Shown: positions 47,905 through 57,562, counted from the first letter of the stretch. The stretch is DNA of 64,000 nt from Candidatus Multivoradales bacterium (GCA_965248925.1 CBDFLE010000006.1:4448001-4512000); one strand, 5' to 3'. Numbers and translations are program-made. Notes: generated by a model from the letters alone, not told the origin.

Positions 47905-49490
47905 CCCCGGCTACCAGCTCTGGCTACCTGCCGCCGGGCAGCGCTCGCGGGCTGCCGTGGGGATTGGAGCTGCCGTGCCGAGGAGGCGAGCAGGTCGCCG
48001 CAAGTGCTGCTCGGGGTCGTATCCGCAGTCTGATCGAAGGGCCGCTAAAACCTTTGGTGGCGGGGGTCGCCGAGGCTCTCGACCTATGGTGGCCGGTGCG
48101 TACCAAAGTGGCCACTGCCGCCGAGTTGGTGGTCGCTGGACCCGACTGTGGCCCGCAGGTGGTGACTTTGCAAGATCCGGTCAGCCGCATTGGCCGTTCG
48201 GCGGCTTGCCAGCTGCGCCTTGACGGGGCGGGGATCGACGCCGAGCACTGTGAGCTGCGGCTTGACGGCGGCCGTCTGTCGCTGCTCGACCTGGGCAGCA
48301 TTAGCGGCACGGTGGTCAATGGCTATCGCTTGCGCCCCTTCGAACCGAGGAGTCTCGAAGCTGGTGACGAGATCTTGCTGGCGCCTTTTTCAATCGTCGT
48401 CGGCGCCTGTGGGCTCGACCCGCGGCAGCAGCCAGCGCGGCTCAGCCTACGCCAGCCGCTGTGGCTCGAGGCCGAGGATCCCTTCACCCGGCTTGGCGCC
48501 GCCACTGATCTTTGGGTGCGGCTGCGGGTTGGCGGTTGGGAGGGCTTCCTCCGCCTGCCCGGTCGGTGGACCGAGCAGGCCTATCAAAGTCTCGATCTGC
48601 AGCTGCCGCCGGGCCGATTTGGCGACGATGAGCTGGATCGGGCGATCGCTTCTTTCTTGCTCGAGAGGGTTGCCGATGCCATCGCGCGCCAGGGTGATCA
48701 GCCGATTTCGCTGGGACAGGTGCTGCCCGCCGAGCTGCTGTGGCAGCGGCAGGGAGCGCTGAGTGCTACCTGGGAAGGGGCGATTTTCGATCTCGAACTG
48801 GCTGGCCGTACCGCGGAATGCGCGGTGATTTGGGCCGCGGAGCAGGCCGAGAACCGGCCTCTGGTCGAGCCGCGATGGTTGGCCGAGTTGCCCTTCACCG
48901 TGTCGGTAGTAGCCGGCAGCCTCGGCCTAGCCATCGACAGCCTGGCCGAGGTCGAGCGCGGCGACATCGTCTTGCCCGATTGCTGGCTGGCGGGCGGCTG
49001 GGTCGCCAGCGAGGCTGAACCGTCCGCGGAGGCGGCTGATCCGATCTCGCTAAAGCTGGGTCGGGTGAGGGCGGTCGTGCAATCTCTCAGCCGATCGGCG
49101 GAACTCGAAGTGTCGCCGGAGAACACCGGGGATTACCATCTGCGCTGGACCGATTCTTGGATCCAGGCAACGAAAGGAGACCCGATGGCGACAGAACGTG
49201 AGGATGAGAGCAACGAGCCGCAAGCGGAAGCCTCTCCTGAGGCACCGATTCAGATACCTAAAGAACTCGAAGTGACGGTTTCCTTCGAGCTCGATCGGTT
49301 ACGGGTGACTCTGGAAGAGCTGAGTTCCTGGTCGCCCGGAGGCACCGTGGAGCTGCAACGAAAACCCTCCGACCCGGTGCGCATCTTGCTGCACCAGGGC
49401 GCTTCGACGCGGGTCATTGGCTCTGGCGCGGTGCTGGTGGTCGATGGCCGCCTCGGGGTTCAGATCGACGATTGGCAAGTGGAGAGCTGA
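47901..49490 (+). CDS. sctQ: T3SS C-ring SctQ with internal FHA domain
   Basis: FHA (RIGRSAAC...EHCEL...DLGSISGTVVNG) and SpoA motifs (SLAEVERGDIVL; FELDRLRVTLEELSSWSPGGTVEL...VVDGRLGVQI). Confidence 0.8.
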   Translation: MTPATSSGYLPPGSARGLPWGLELPCRGGEQVAASAARGRIRSLIEGPLKPLVAGVAEALDLWWPVRTKVATAAELVVAGPDCGPQVVTLQDPVSRIGRSAACQLRLDGAGIDAEHCELRLDGGRLSLLDLGSISGTVVNGYRLRPFEPRSLEAGDEILLAPFSIVVGACGLDPRQQPARLSLRQPLWLEAEDPFTRLGAATDLWVRLRVGGWEGFLRLPGRWTEQAYQSLDLQLPPGRFGDDELDRAIASFLLERVADAIARQGDQPISLGQVLPAELLWQRQGALSATWEGAIFDLELAGRTAECAVIWAAEQAENRPLVEPRWLAELPFTVSVVAGSLGLAIDSLAEVERGDIVLPDCWLAGGWVASEAEPSAEAADPISLKLGRVRAVVQSLSRSAELEVSPENTGDYHLRWTDSWIQATKGDPMATEREDESNEPQAEASPEAPIQIPKELEVTVSFELDRLRVTLEELSSWSPGGTVELQRKPSDPVRILLHQGASTRVIGSGAVLVVDGRLGVQIDDWQVES

Positions 49491-49492
49491 GC

Positions 49493-49842
49493 GTGGACAC
49501 TTCTCTTTGGCCCTCTTTGCTCAATGTCGGTGGGGCACTGGTGGTGGTAGTGCTGCTGGCGGTGGTGCTGCTGCGCTTTGCCGCACCCTGGTTGCGACGC
49601 TTGCAGACACCGGAGGCTCGCAGATTTCAGTATTGGAGGTCAAAGCCCTCGATCGCCAGCACCGGGTGGCCCTGCTGCGGGTACGAGAAGAAGATTTTCT
49701 GGTCGCCTTGGGCGCTGGTAGCCCGTGCTTGCTGCGCTGCTGGCCGGCGGGCGACCGTGACCCCAAAGAGCCGGAGGCGCTGGCTTCCGGCACCGCCGAG
49801 ACCAGCCGCAGCGCAACCAGCCGTAGAGAATCCAGCGACTAG
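49493..49842 (+). pseudogene. FliO-like protein, frameshifted near 49600
   Basis: TM helix LVVVVLLAVVLLRF in one frame; ISVLEVKALDRQHRVALLRVREEDFLVALG (FliO-like beta domain) in another; directly upstream of sctR. Confidence 0.6.
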
Positions 49843-49855
49843 GAGTTTCTCGCCG

Positions 49856-50605
49856 ATGCCTCAGCTAATTCCTCTTTTCGCCATTGCCGGTACAACCGCC
49901 GCCAGTACCGTGCCCAATGCTGCGGCGAGCTTGGGGGCCAATCCTCTCTCCCTGATGCTGTTGCTGGCCCTGCTGTCGATGTTGCCCTTCGTGCTGATGA
50001 TGTCAACCTCCTTCCTGAAATTCGCCGTGGTGCTGTCTCTGCTGCGCCAGGCGCTGGGCACTCAGCAGGTGCCGCCGACGCCGGTGATCATGGGCCTTTC
50101 GATGATCTTGACGGTCTATGTGATGTCGCCGGTGCTGGGTGAGGTCTATGCCGAGTTGGAGCCGCAAATTGTGGCCACTGACTCCACCGAGATGCTGTCG
50201 GGAAAGGGAGCTGAGACTGTGTTGGGGGCGCTCAAGCGGGCGGCGCCTGCACTCAAAGGTTTCCTGGTCAAGCATGCTCATGGTCGCGAAGTGGAAGCGT
50301 TTCATGCTTGGTCGAACATGCTGCGCAGCGGGGCCACCGGGGTCGAACCACTGGCTCGCGACAGCTTGTTGGTGCTTATTCCGGCCTTCGCTGTCTCTGA
50401 ACTCAACGAGGCCTTCACCATCGGTTTCTTGCTCTTCTTGCCCTTCTTGATCATCGACATGGTGGTGTCGAACATCTTGCTGGCGATGGGCATGCACATG
50501 CTCTCGCCGGTGGTGGTGTCGCTGCCCTTCAAGCTGTTGCTGTTCATCATGATCGATGGTTGGGCCCTGCTTACCCGAGGGTTGTTACAGCCATACTTTG
50601 TCTGA
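49856..50605 (+). CDS. sctR: T3SS export apparatus SctR
   Basis: RBS AGGAG; STSFLKFAVVLSLLRQALGTQQVPP; LLAMGMHMLSPVVVSLPFKLLLF..IDGW. Confidence 0.95.
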   Translation: MPQLIPLFAIAGTTAASTVPNAAASLGANPLSLMLLLALLSMLPFVLMMSTSFLKFAVVLSLLRQALGTQQVPPTPVIMGLSMILTVYVMSPVLGEVYAELEPQIVATDSTEMLSGKGAETVLGALKRAAPALKGFLVKHAHGREVEAFHAWSNMLRSGATGVEPLARDSLLVLIPAFAVSELNEAFTIGFLLFLPFLIIDMVVSNILLAMGMHMLSPVVVSLPFKLLLFIMIDGWALLTRGLLQPYFV

Positions 50606-50656
50606 ACCGCGTCGAGCCGGCGGACCATCGAGTCGCCACGGCTGGGAGTCCACTTC

Positions 50657-50923
50657 ATGGAAAGCCACATCATAGATCTCCTACAGCGCGCCATCCTGGT
50701 GACCGTGATGGTCTCAGGGCCACCGATCGCTGCCGCCATGGTGGTGGGTCTGGGGCTGGCCCTGGTGCAAGCCTTAACCCAGGTGCAGGAGCAGACCCTG
50801 CAGATGGCGTTCAAGATCATCGCCGTCTTTGGAACCCTGTCGGTGCTGGGCTATTGGATGGCCAATCAAGTGCACGCTTTCGCCCGTCTGGTGTTCGAGA
50901 ACTTCGGTACTTGGGTGGGTTGA
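50657..50923 (+). CDS. sctS: T3SS export apparatus SctS
   Basis: VGLGLALVQALTQVQEQTL..AFK. Confidence 0.95.
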   Translation: MESHIIDLLQRAILVTVMVSGPPIAAAMVVGLGLALVQALTQVQEQTLQMAFKIIAVFGTLSVLGYWMANQVHAFARLVFENFGTWVG

Positions 50924-50932
50924 GGGGGCGCT

Positions 50933-51772
50933 GTGACCACCGGGCTCGAAGCATTCTTCACCCCGCTCGCCGCCGAGCTGGGAGTGCGCCACGGTCTTGA
51001 GGGCACCTTGCGCTTGCTAACCCTGGCGATGGCCCGCTGGGCACCGATCATTACCTTGGCGCCGTTCATGGGTGGCCGCTTGATCCCGGCGCCGGTGCGG
51101 ATGGGTTTGCTGGTGCTGTTCTCGCTGCTGGTGTTGCCGGCGATCAGCCAGACGGCGCCGCGGCCCTTGTTGATTGGCCCCGTCGAGTGGTGGGCGCTGG
51201 TGCTGAAGGAGACCTTCATCGGTCTGGTGATCGGATTCGCTGCCTCCCTGGTGTTTTGGGGTGGTGAAATGGGCGGCCGTTTGATCGACACGGTGCGTGG
51301 CACCACCACCGCCAACTTATTGATCCCCCAAGCCAAAGTGCAGAGCACGATTCTCGGCGATGTCTACTTCCAGCTTTTCATCGTGCTCTATCTAGTGTCC
51401 GGCGCTCACCTCTTCTTTTTCGCCGCGGTGGCCGATTCCTACCGTCTACTGCCACCCACCGAGTTGACTTTGAATCTCGGTGGTGGGGCCGAACTCTGGC
51501 TACTGGCGGTGGGAAACCTTTTTGTCATCGCGGTCAAGATCATTGCTCCGGCGCTGGTGGTGGTGATGTTTCTCGACATAATGTTGGGGGTGGCCAACCG
51601 CATGGCGCCGCAGCTCAACGTTCACTTCTTGGGCATGTCGTTGAAGGCATCATTGGCGTCTTTGGCGTTGTCTTTGTCGTTGTACTACGTGCTGTCAATG
51701 GCCGGTGACCTCTTCGCTGACCAGCAGCGCTGGATCGAGCTGCTATTTCGCCAGTTGTCTAGACCTGGCTGA
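50933..51772 (+). CDS. sctT: T3SS export apparatus SctT
   Basis: LKETFIGLVIG, GRLIDTVRG, ANRMAPQLNVHFLGMSLK. Confidence 0.93.
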   Translation: MTTGLEAFFTPLAAELGVRHGLEGTLRLLTLAMARWAPIITLAPFMGGRLIPAPVRMGLLVLFSLLVLPAISQTAPRPLLIGPVEWWALVLKETFIGLVIGFAASLVFWGGEMGGRLIDTVRGTTTANLLIPQAKVQSTILGDVYFQLFIVLYLVSGAHLFFFAAVADSYRLLPPTELTLNLGGGAELWLLAVGNLFVIAVKIIAPALVVVMFLDIMLGVANRMAPQLNVHFLGMSLKASLASLALSLSLYYVLSMAGDLFADQQRWIELLFRQLSRPG

Positions 51773-51786
51773 GTAGGAAGCAGACG

Positions 51787-52905
51787 ATGTCTGAAAAGAC
51801 CGAACAACCCACCCCCAAGAAACTGCGCGATGCCCGGCGCAAGGGCAACATCGCCTTCAGCCGTGATTTCAATGGCATCGTTACTTACATCGTGGGTCTG
51901 GCGTTGGTCTTCGTCGCCGCTGGGGGCATCGCGCGGGGCTTTCGCGACTTCTATGTCGAGGTCATCGAAGTGATCGCTATCGGCAACTTCGAGGACGGAG
52001 CCTGGGCCGAGATGACTGGCCGTGCTTTGTCGACGGTCTTTGCCATGTCGGCGCCCTTCATGCTGGCGGTGGCCCTGGTTGGTGGGGTGGTGGGTTTTCT
52101 CCAGGCCGGGCCACTGTTTTCTACCGAGCCCTTGGTGCCGAAGCCGGAGAAGCTCAATCCGCTGAATAAGCTCAAGCAGTGGTTCGCGCCCAAGGGTCTG
52201 TTCGAGTTGGCCAAGTCTGCGCTCAAGCTGGGTTTGATTTTCTGGATCGGCTGGCTAGTGCTGCGCGGCAGCTCGGGGCAGCTGCTACAGCTCGGTCTGC
52301 TCGGCGAGCGCGAGTTGCTGATCTTTCTGGCCTCACACGTCAAGCTCTTCCTGGCCATCATCGGCTTCGCCTTTCTGATCTTGGGGGTGGTCGACGTCCT
52401 TTTCCAGCGTTGGCAGTGGCGGCGCGGTCTGCGGATGTCGAAAGACGACATCAAGCGCGAGTGGAAGAGTGCGGAAGGCGACCCCTTGATCAAGTCGCAG
52501 CGCAAGGCCCTGCATCGCAGCATGGCGGCGGATGGCGGTGCCGCTGGCGCGACCAAGAAGGCGGCGGCGGTGGTGGTTAATCCCACCCACCTGGCGATCG
52601 CTCTGGAGTTCGACGAAGGCGCCGGGCAAGCTCCGGTGGTGGCGGCCAAGGGCCAGGGCAAGTTGGCCAAGCAGATCTTGCGGGTGGCGCGCCGGCATCA
52701 AATTCCGATTATTCGCAACAAGCCGCTGGCCTGGCAGCTGCTGGAGATCGACGTCGAAGAGGAGATTGACCCCGATCTCTATGAAGCAGTGGCGGAAGTG
52801 ATTTTGCTTGCCCGCAAGCTGCAAGCGCGGGCCGCCGGCGAGGTCGCTGACGAACCGGAGGATGATCCAGATGAGCCTTCCCATGGCTCGGAATCGGTGC
52901 CTTGA
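51787..52905 (+). CDS. sctU: T3SS switch protein SctU
   Basis: EKTEQPTPKKLRDARRKG; MSKDDIKREWKSAEGDP; NPTH autocleavage motif. Confidence 0.96.
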   Translation: MSEKTEQPTPKKLRDARRKGNIAFSRDFNGIVTYIVGLALVFVAAGGIARGFRDFYVEVIEVIAIGNFEDGAWAEMTGRALSTVFAMSAPFMLAVALVGGVVGFLQAGPLFSTEPLVPKPEKLNPLNKLKQWFAPKGLFELAKSALKLGLIFWIGWLVLRGSSGQLLQLGLLGERELLIFLASHVKLFLAIIGFAFLILGVVDVLFQRWQWRRGLRMSKDDIKREWKSAEGDPLIKSQRKALHRSMAADGGAAGATKKAAAVVVNPTHLAIALEFDEGAGQAPVVAAKGQGKLAKQILRVARRHQIPIIRNKPLAWQLLEIDVEEEIDPDLYEAVAEVILLARKLQARAAGEVADEPEDDPDEPSHGSESVP

Positions 52906-52998
52906 GTAGACCCTTATGGCCCGCTAGCTTGGCGATGAGACACGGTCGATGGATCTGCCGGTAGATTTGCCGGTAGACCTTAGAGTTACAGCGAAAGG

Positions 52999-55197
52999 AT
53001 GACACCCGTGAAGACCCCCACCGTACCCGCCACTGATCTGAGAGCGCTCCACGCCAAGCTTACCGCCGGCGATCTGGCGACGGTTCTGACCCGCTACAGC
53101 GACATTATGTTGGCAGTGGTGGTGATCTTGTTGGTCGGCATCATGATCATCCCGATGCCGGCCTTTCTGCTCGATTTCTTCCTGGCCACCAACATCACCA
53201 TGGCGGTGACCTTGTTGATGATCTCGCTTTATCTGCCGAATGCGCTGTCGCTGGCGTCTTTTCCGTCGATTTTGCTGATCACCACTCTCTTTCGCTTGTC
53301 CCTCAATGTCTCTTCGACCCGGCTGATCTTGCTCAAGGGAGATGCCGGGTCGGTGATCGAATCGTTCGGCCAGTTCGTGGTGGCGGGTGACTTCATCGTT
53401 GGTTTTGTGATCTTCCTGATCATTACCCTGGTTCAGTTCCTGGTCATCGCCAAGGGGGCCGAGCGGGTCTCGGAGGTCGGCGCCCGCTTCACTCTCGATG
53501 CCTTGCCGGGTAAACAGATGTCAATCGACGCCGATCTGCGCTCGGGGCTGATCGATGTCACCGATGCCCGGCTTCAACGTCAAAACGTGCAACGAGAAGC
53601 ACAGTTTTACGGCGCCATGGATGGGGCGATGAAGTTCGTCAAGGGCGATGCTATTGCCGGCATCATTATTTCGGTGATTAACATCGCTGCCGGCCTCGCC
53701 ATCGGCGTGGCGGTCAAGGGGATGGCGGTTGGGGCGGCGGCCGAGAAGTACACCCTACTGACCATCGGCGATGGCCTGGTGTCGCAGATTCCGTCGCTGA
53801 TCATCTCGATGGCGGCGGGCATCATCACCACCCGAGTGGCCTCGGCCGACCCCAACGACCCTGACGCCGAGAGTTCCCTCGGCGCCGAGATCGGCACCCA
53901 AATCCTGTCGCAGCCCAAAGCGATCGCTATCGCGGCGGTGATGCTAATGCTGCTCGGCGCCATTCCCGGGTTGCCGATGGTGCCGTTTTTCGCCCTCGCT
54001 GGCGTCACTGGCACCTTGGCTTACAGCTTGATCAAGACCCGCCGGCAGAAAGAACTCGAGGCAGTGCGAGCGGAGTTCGTCGAGCCAGCGATGGAACTCG
54101 CCGGCAACGAGAAATCTCGCCTGCCGATGACCGTGCCGGTGCTGCTCGAAGCCAGCCCCGAGGTCACCCCCTTGGTCGATGCGGAGGGCGGCGGCTCGCG
54201 TTTCACCGACGAGCTGGTGCCGCAGATGCGCGAGTGGTTGTTTGGCGAACTCGGGGTCTTGTTCCCGGGCGTTCGGGTACGGGGCGATTCGGCTCACCTG
54301 GAGAGCCACAGCTATACCTTGTTCGTCAACGAAGTGCCGGTGGCGCGCGGTGTGGCGATGGCTGACCGGGTGTTCGTTGGCGATAATCTGGAGCAGATCC
54401 TGATGCTCGGCATCGAGGGGGTGCGCGGGCCCCACCACAGCGCCGACCGGGATGGCCTGTGGCTCAGCCCGGAGGAGGCGCGCCAAGTCGAGCAGGCGCA
54501 GGGGGGTGGCGCTTTCATGCAGCCCGAGGAGTTTATCGTCGTCCATCTGTCGAATGTCTTGCGGCGCAAGGTCGACGAGTTGATCGGCATCCAGGACGTG
54601 CAGAACATCCTCGACCTGATGGAGCAGCAGGGTTTCGAAGCCCTGGTCCAGGCGGTGGTACCGCGGTTGATCTCGGTACCCCAGCTGACCGAGATCATGA
54701 AACTGCTGCTCGCCGAGGAGATCTCGGTCAAGAATATGGTGGCGATTCTCGAAGCCTTGGCGCGCACTGGCGCCTCGGAATCAGACCCCATGGTGTTGGC
54801 CGAACACGTGCGGGTGGGCCTGAAGCGCTACATCGGCTTCAAATTCTCCCGCGGCCGCTCGGTGGTGCCGGTCTATCTGATCGATCCGCAGATCGAGCAG
54901 CAGGTCCAGGCGGCGCTGCGCAAGACTGCCAACGGTACCTCGCTCCAGCTGGCGCCCGAGGCCAGTCGGCAGATTGTCAGTGCATTCCGCGATATCCTCG
55001 GCGCGGCCGAGGCCGAAGGCCCGCCGATCGTGCTCACCCAGATGAATGTGCGACCGCATGTCAAGCAGCTGCTGGCGCGCGCCCACCCCGAAGCGGCGGT
55101 GCTGTCGTTCCAGGAGCTGCCCAGTGATTTGCAGCTGCAGCCGGTGGGCAGGATCACCTTGGATCAGCCGCAACTCGCCGCCAGTCCGGCCGAGTGA
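52999..55197 (+). CDS. sctV: T3SS major export gate SctV
   Basis: KGAERVSEVGARFTLDALPGKQMSIDADL; FYGAMDGAMKFVKGDAIAG; LTIGDGLVSQIP; VLSFQEL. Confidence 0.97.
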   Translation: MTPVKTPTVPATDLRALHAKLTAGDLATVLTRYSDIMLAVVVILLVGIMIIPMPAFLLDFFLATNITMAVTLLMISLYLPNALSLASFPSILLITTLFRLSLNVSSTRLILLKGDAGSVIESFGQFVVAGDFIVGFVIFLIITLVQFLVIAKGAERVSEVGARFTLDALPGKQMSIDADLRSGLIDVTDARLQRQNVQREAQFYGAMDGAMKFVKGDAIAGIIISVINIAAGLAIGVAVKGMAVGAAAEKYTLLTIGDGLVSQIPSLIISMAAGIITTRVASADPNDPDAESSLGAEIGTQILSQPKAIAIAAVMLMLLGAIPGLPMVPFFALAGVTGTLAYSLIKTRRQKELEAVRAEFVEPAMELAGNEKSRLPMTVPVLLEASPEVTPLVDAEGGGSRFTDELVPQMREWLFGELGVLFPGVRVRGDSAHLESHSYTLFVNEVPVARGVAMADRVFVGDNLEQILMLGIEGVRGPHHSADRDGLWLSPEEARQVEQAQGGGAFMQPEEFIVVHLSNVLRRKVDELIGIQDVQNILDLMEQQGFEALVQAVVPRLISVPQLTEIMKLLLAEEISVKNMVAILEALARTGASESDPMVLAEHVRVGLKRYIGFKFSRGRSVVPVYLIDPQIEQQVQAALRKTANGTSLQLAPEASRQIVSAFRDILGAAEAEGPPIVLTQMNVRPHVKQLLARAHPEAAVLSFQELPSDLQLQPVGRITLDQPQLAASPAE

Positions 55198-55225
55198 GCG
55201 GTGACCGGCAAGGAGAGAGCGCGAG

Positions 55226-55795
55226 ATGTCATTTCAGGTGTTGGTGCAGAATCCGGCGGGCGAGGTGCTGCGCTGGGAGCTGGATAAGAGTTCGGTCTAC
55301 CTCGGCCGTCTCGAGGGCAATGACATTCGTCTCACCCATTCGTTTGTCTCGGGCCTGCACTTGTTGATCGAGCGTCGCGGTAGCGGCTTTGTGGTCAAGG
55401 ACTTGGGTTCTACCGAGGGAACCCTGTTGCGGGGCAAGGTGATCGAGCCGCACGTCGAACAGTCCTGGCGCTTCGGCGAGTCGTTGCAGATCGGTAATCT
55501 GGTGTTGCAGGTAGAGCCGGGAGAGGACGAGACCCTGGTCGAAGTGCTGCCCGAGTCCCTGACGGTCGGTGTCCGCGGGGAGCTACCGGCGGTTTCCGCA
55601 GCGAGCGCCCTGGGATCCGGCGCGGACGTCATCGACGCAGTTCCCAACGCCGCTGATGGCAACATCTTCGACACCGCGGCCAGCCCGCCGCGTGCGCCTG
55701 CGCGGCCGTTGCCTTGGGGGCTGATACTGCAATTCCTGGCCGCTTTCGTGGTCCTCGCCGGCGTCATGTTAGCGGTCGTCACTTTGTTGCTTTAG
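55226..55795 (+). CDS. FHA domain protein with C-terminal membrane anchor
   Basis: LGRLEGNDIRL...VSGLH...DLGSTEGT; hydrophobic C-terminus. Confidence 0.8.
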   Translation: MSFQVLVQNPAGEVLRWELDKSSVYLGRLEGNDIRLTHSFVSGLHLLIERRGSGFVVKDLGSTEGTLLRGKVIEPHVEQSWRFGESLQIGNLVLQVEPGEDETLVEVLPESLTVGVRGELPAVSAASALGSGADVIDAVPNAADGNIFDTAASPPRAPARPLPWGLILQFLAAFVVLAGVMLAVVTLLL

Positions 55796-55804
55796 GAGTT
55801 CTTC

Positions 55805-57562
55805 ATGGCGCCTGCAAAAATGCATGGAATTCTTCGTCTCGAGCAAGGCGAGGAGATTTTGGCTGAACTCGAGCTGACCCCGGGCCGGCCGGTGATTCTG
55901 GGTCGCTCCGAGCAGGCCGAGGTGCGGGTGCAGCACGCAACGGTGTCGCGTCGCCACGCCCGCCTGTGGATCGATGCTGAGGGTGCCCAACTAGAGGATC
56001 TGGGCTCATCCAACGGCACTTTGCTCGACGGCCAGAAAATAGAGGGCCAGGTGACCCTGGCCGATGGCCAGCGAATTCAGCTCGGCCAGCGAACAGTCGC
56101 CGAGCCGGTGAAAATTCGCTTTGAGGATCCGGCCGCCGGTGTGCTGCGGGAGATGGGGTTGTGGGACGATTCGCCAGCAGCCAGAACTAGAGCCGGGTCG
56201 TCGGCGGATGAAGAGGCGCCGGCTGAGAGCGGGCGAGAAGGGGCTGCGGCAACCGCTCCGGCAGGCACCAATTTGCCGGCCACCGATTCGTCGGCGGCAG
56301 CCTCCCCCTCCGCCGGCGAACGTCGGGTCGGCGAAGAGCTGCGAGATCCTCGGGTATTGTTGATCCTGGCCTTCGCTTTGGTGTTGGTGGCTGGCGCCAG
56401 CATTGGCTTGCTACGCTTCCTGCGTCCCGCGGCGACTTATTGGCGCTCAGTGCAGATCATGCCGGCGGAAATCGGTCCCGATGTCGCGGTGCGGCTGTCT
56501 AGTTTCGATATTGGCCGGGCTAGTGGACTGGAACTGTTGCTCGGTGACACGCCGGTAGAAGACTTGCAAGTCGAACGCGGCCGGCTGAGCTTTCGCGCTC
56601 CCCAGCTCGACACCCTGGGCGGCGGCAAACTCGGCTTACCGCTGGTGGCTCGGCGCGGTGGGGTGGAGGTCTATCAGCGGGTATTGACCTACAACGTGGT
56701 GCCGCGACTCGACCCTCTGCCGATCGAGCAGCTGCCGGTTGGCGAAGTCCTGACCTTGAGCGGTCGCGGGTTGCACGAAGATGCCAGCAAGATCGCGGTC
56801 TACTTTGGCGAGCAAGCTGGCTGGGTGCTAGAGAGCGATTCCCGGACCGTTCGCGTCCGAGTGCCGCCGGTGTTAGCTCAAGACTCGCCGCCGCGCTTGG
56901 CCTTGCGGGTCGAAGTGGATGGCTTGCGCGCCGCCGCTCCGCTGCCGGACTTCGCTATCTTGCCGTGGATTGGCGAGCCACTTCGACTGGAGCTGAGTGC
57001 CTCCTTTCGCGACCCGGTTGATGACACGGCTGGCGCTTGGCAGCTGCACCACGCCTTAGGTCCGGCTTATGTCCTGGACGGCCCGGCGCCGGCCGCGGAC
57101 GGTTCTTTGCCGGCAGCCGTGGCGCAGGTGATCGAGCGTTGGAATCAACTGTTCGAAGTCGTTGAGCGCGATCCGAGGGTCCGTCTCGTCGGCCGGACGG
57201 CGGCGGAGTCGTGTGAGCTGGTGGCGGTTGGTGGGGCGGTGGGTGGAGCAGGCTTGAGTGTTGCCCGGTTCGCCCGTGGAGAGTTGGCGCTGGCCCTCGG
57301 CTTGCGGCCTGACGACCTCTCTAACCGCAATCTCTGCGCCCGTACCGCCAGTGTGTGGGATCACCTGCTCAATGCCTTTGCCAGGGGTCAGGAAGTGCGG
57401 GGCCTGGCCAGTCCGCCGCCCTATGTCAGGGTACTTGATCGACTGGTTGCGGCCAGCCGTTGGCGGGGTGGTAATGGGCGTCCGGCGGCCAGCGATCTAG
57501 TGGTGCTGGACGCCACCGATCGCGAGCGTTTGGCTCAGGCCTTTGCTAACCCTGGAGGCTGA
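55805..57562 (+). CDS. FHA-TM-IPT/TIG-like domain protein
   Basis: LGRS...VSRRHARL...EDLGSSNGT FHA; TM LLILAFALVLVAGASIGLL; VGEVLTLSGRGL...VYFGE...VRVRVP IPT-like domain. Confidence 0.75.
   Translation: MAPAKMHGILRLEQGEEILAELELTPGRPVILGRSEQAEVRVQHATVSRRHARLWIDAEGAQLEDLGSSNGTLLDGQKIEGQVTLADGQRIQLGQRTVAEPVKIRFEDPAAGVLREMGLWDDSPAARTRAGSSADEEAPAESGREGAAATAPAGTNLPATDSSAAASPSAGERRVGEELRDPRVLLILAFALVLVAGASIGLLRFLRPAATYWRSVQIMPAEIGPDVAVRLSSFDIGRASGLELLLGDTPVEDLQVERGRLSFRAPQLDTLGGGKLGLPLVARRGGVEVYQRVLTYNVVPRLDPLPIEQLPVGEVLTLSGRGLHEDASKIAVYFGEQAGWVLESDSRTVRVRVPPVLAQDSPPRLALRVEVDGLRAAAPLPDFAILPWIGEPLRLELSASFRDPVDDTAGAWQLHHALGPAYVLDGPAPAADGSLPAAVAQVIERWNQLFEVVERDPRVRLVGRTAAESCELVAVGGAVGGAGLSVARFARGELALALGLRPDDLSNRNLCARTASVWDHLLNAFARGQEVRGLASPPPYVRVLDRLVAASRWRGGNGRPAASDLVVLDATDRERLAQAFANPGG

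Noticed and set aside
49472-50605. 377-aa SctR as given by the ORF track
   Set aside because: True sctR most likely starts at 49856 (own RBS); the extension arises from the frameshifted fliO-like gene
43026-55197. Flagellar export cluster (fliF/H/I/J/K/N/O/P/Q/R, flhA/B)
   Set aside because: Short lipoprotein SctJ instead of FliF, YscN-type AAAGGGKST Walker A, SctI/SctF-like genes, and no rod, hook, FliG or motor genes
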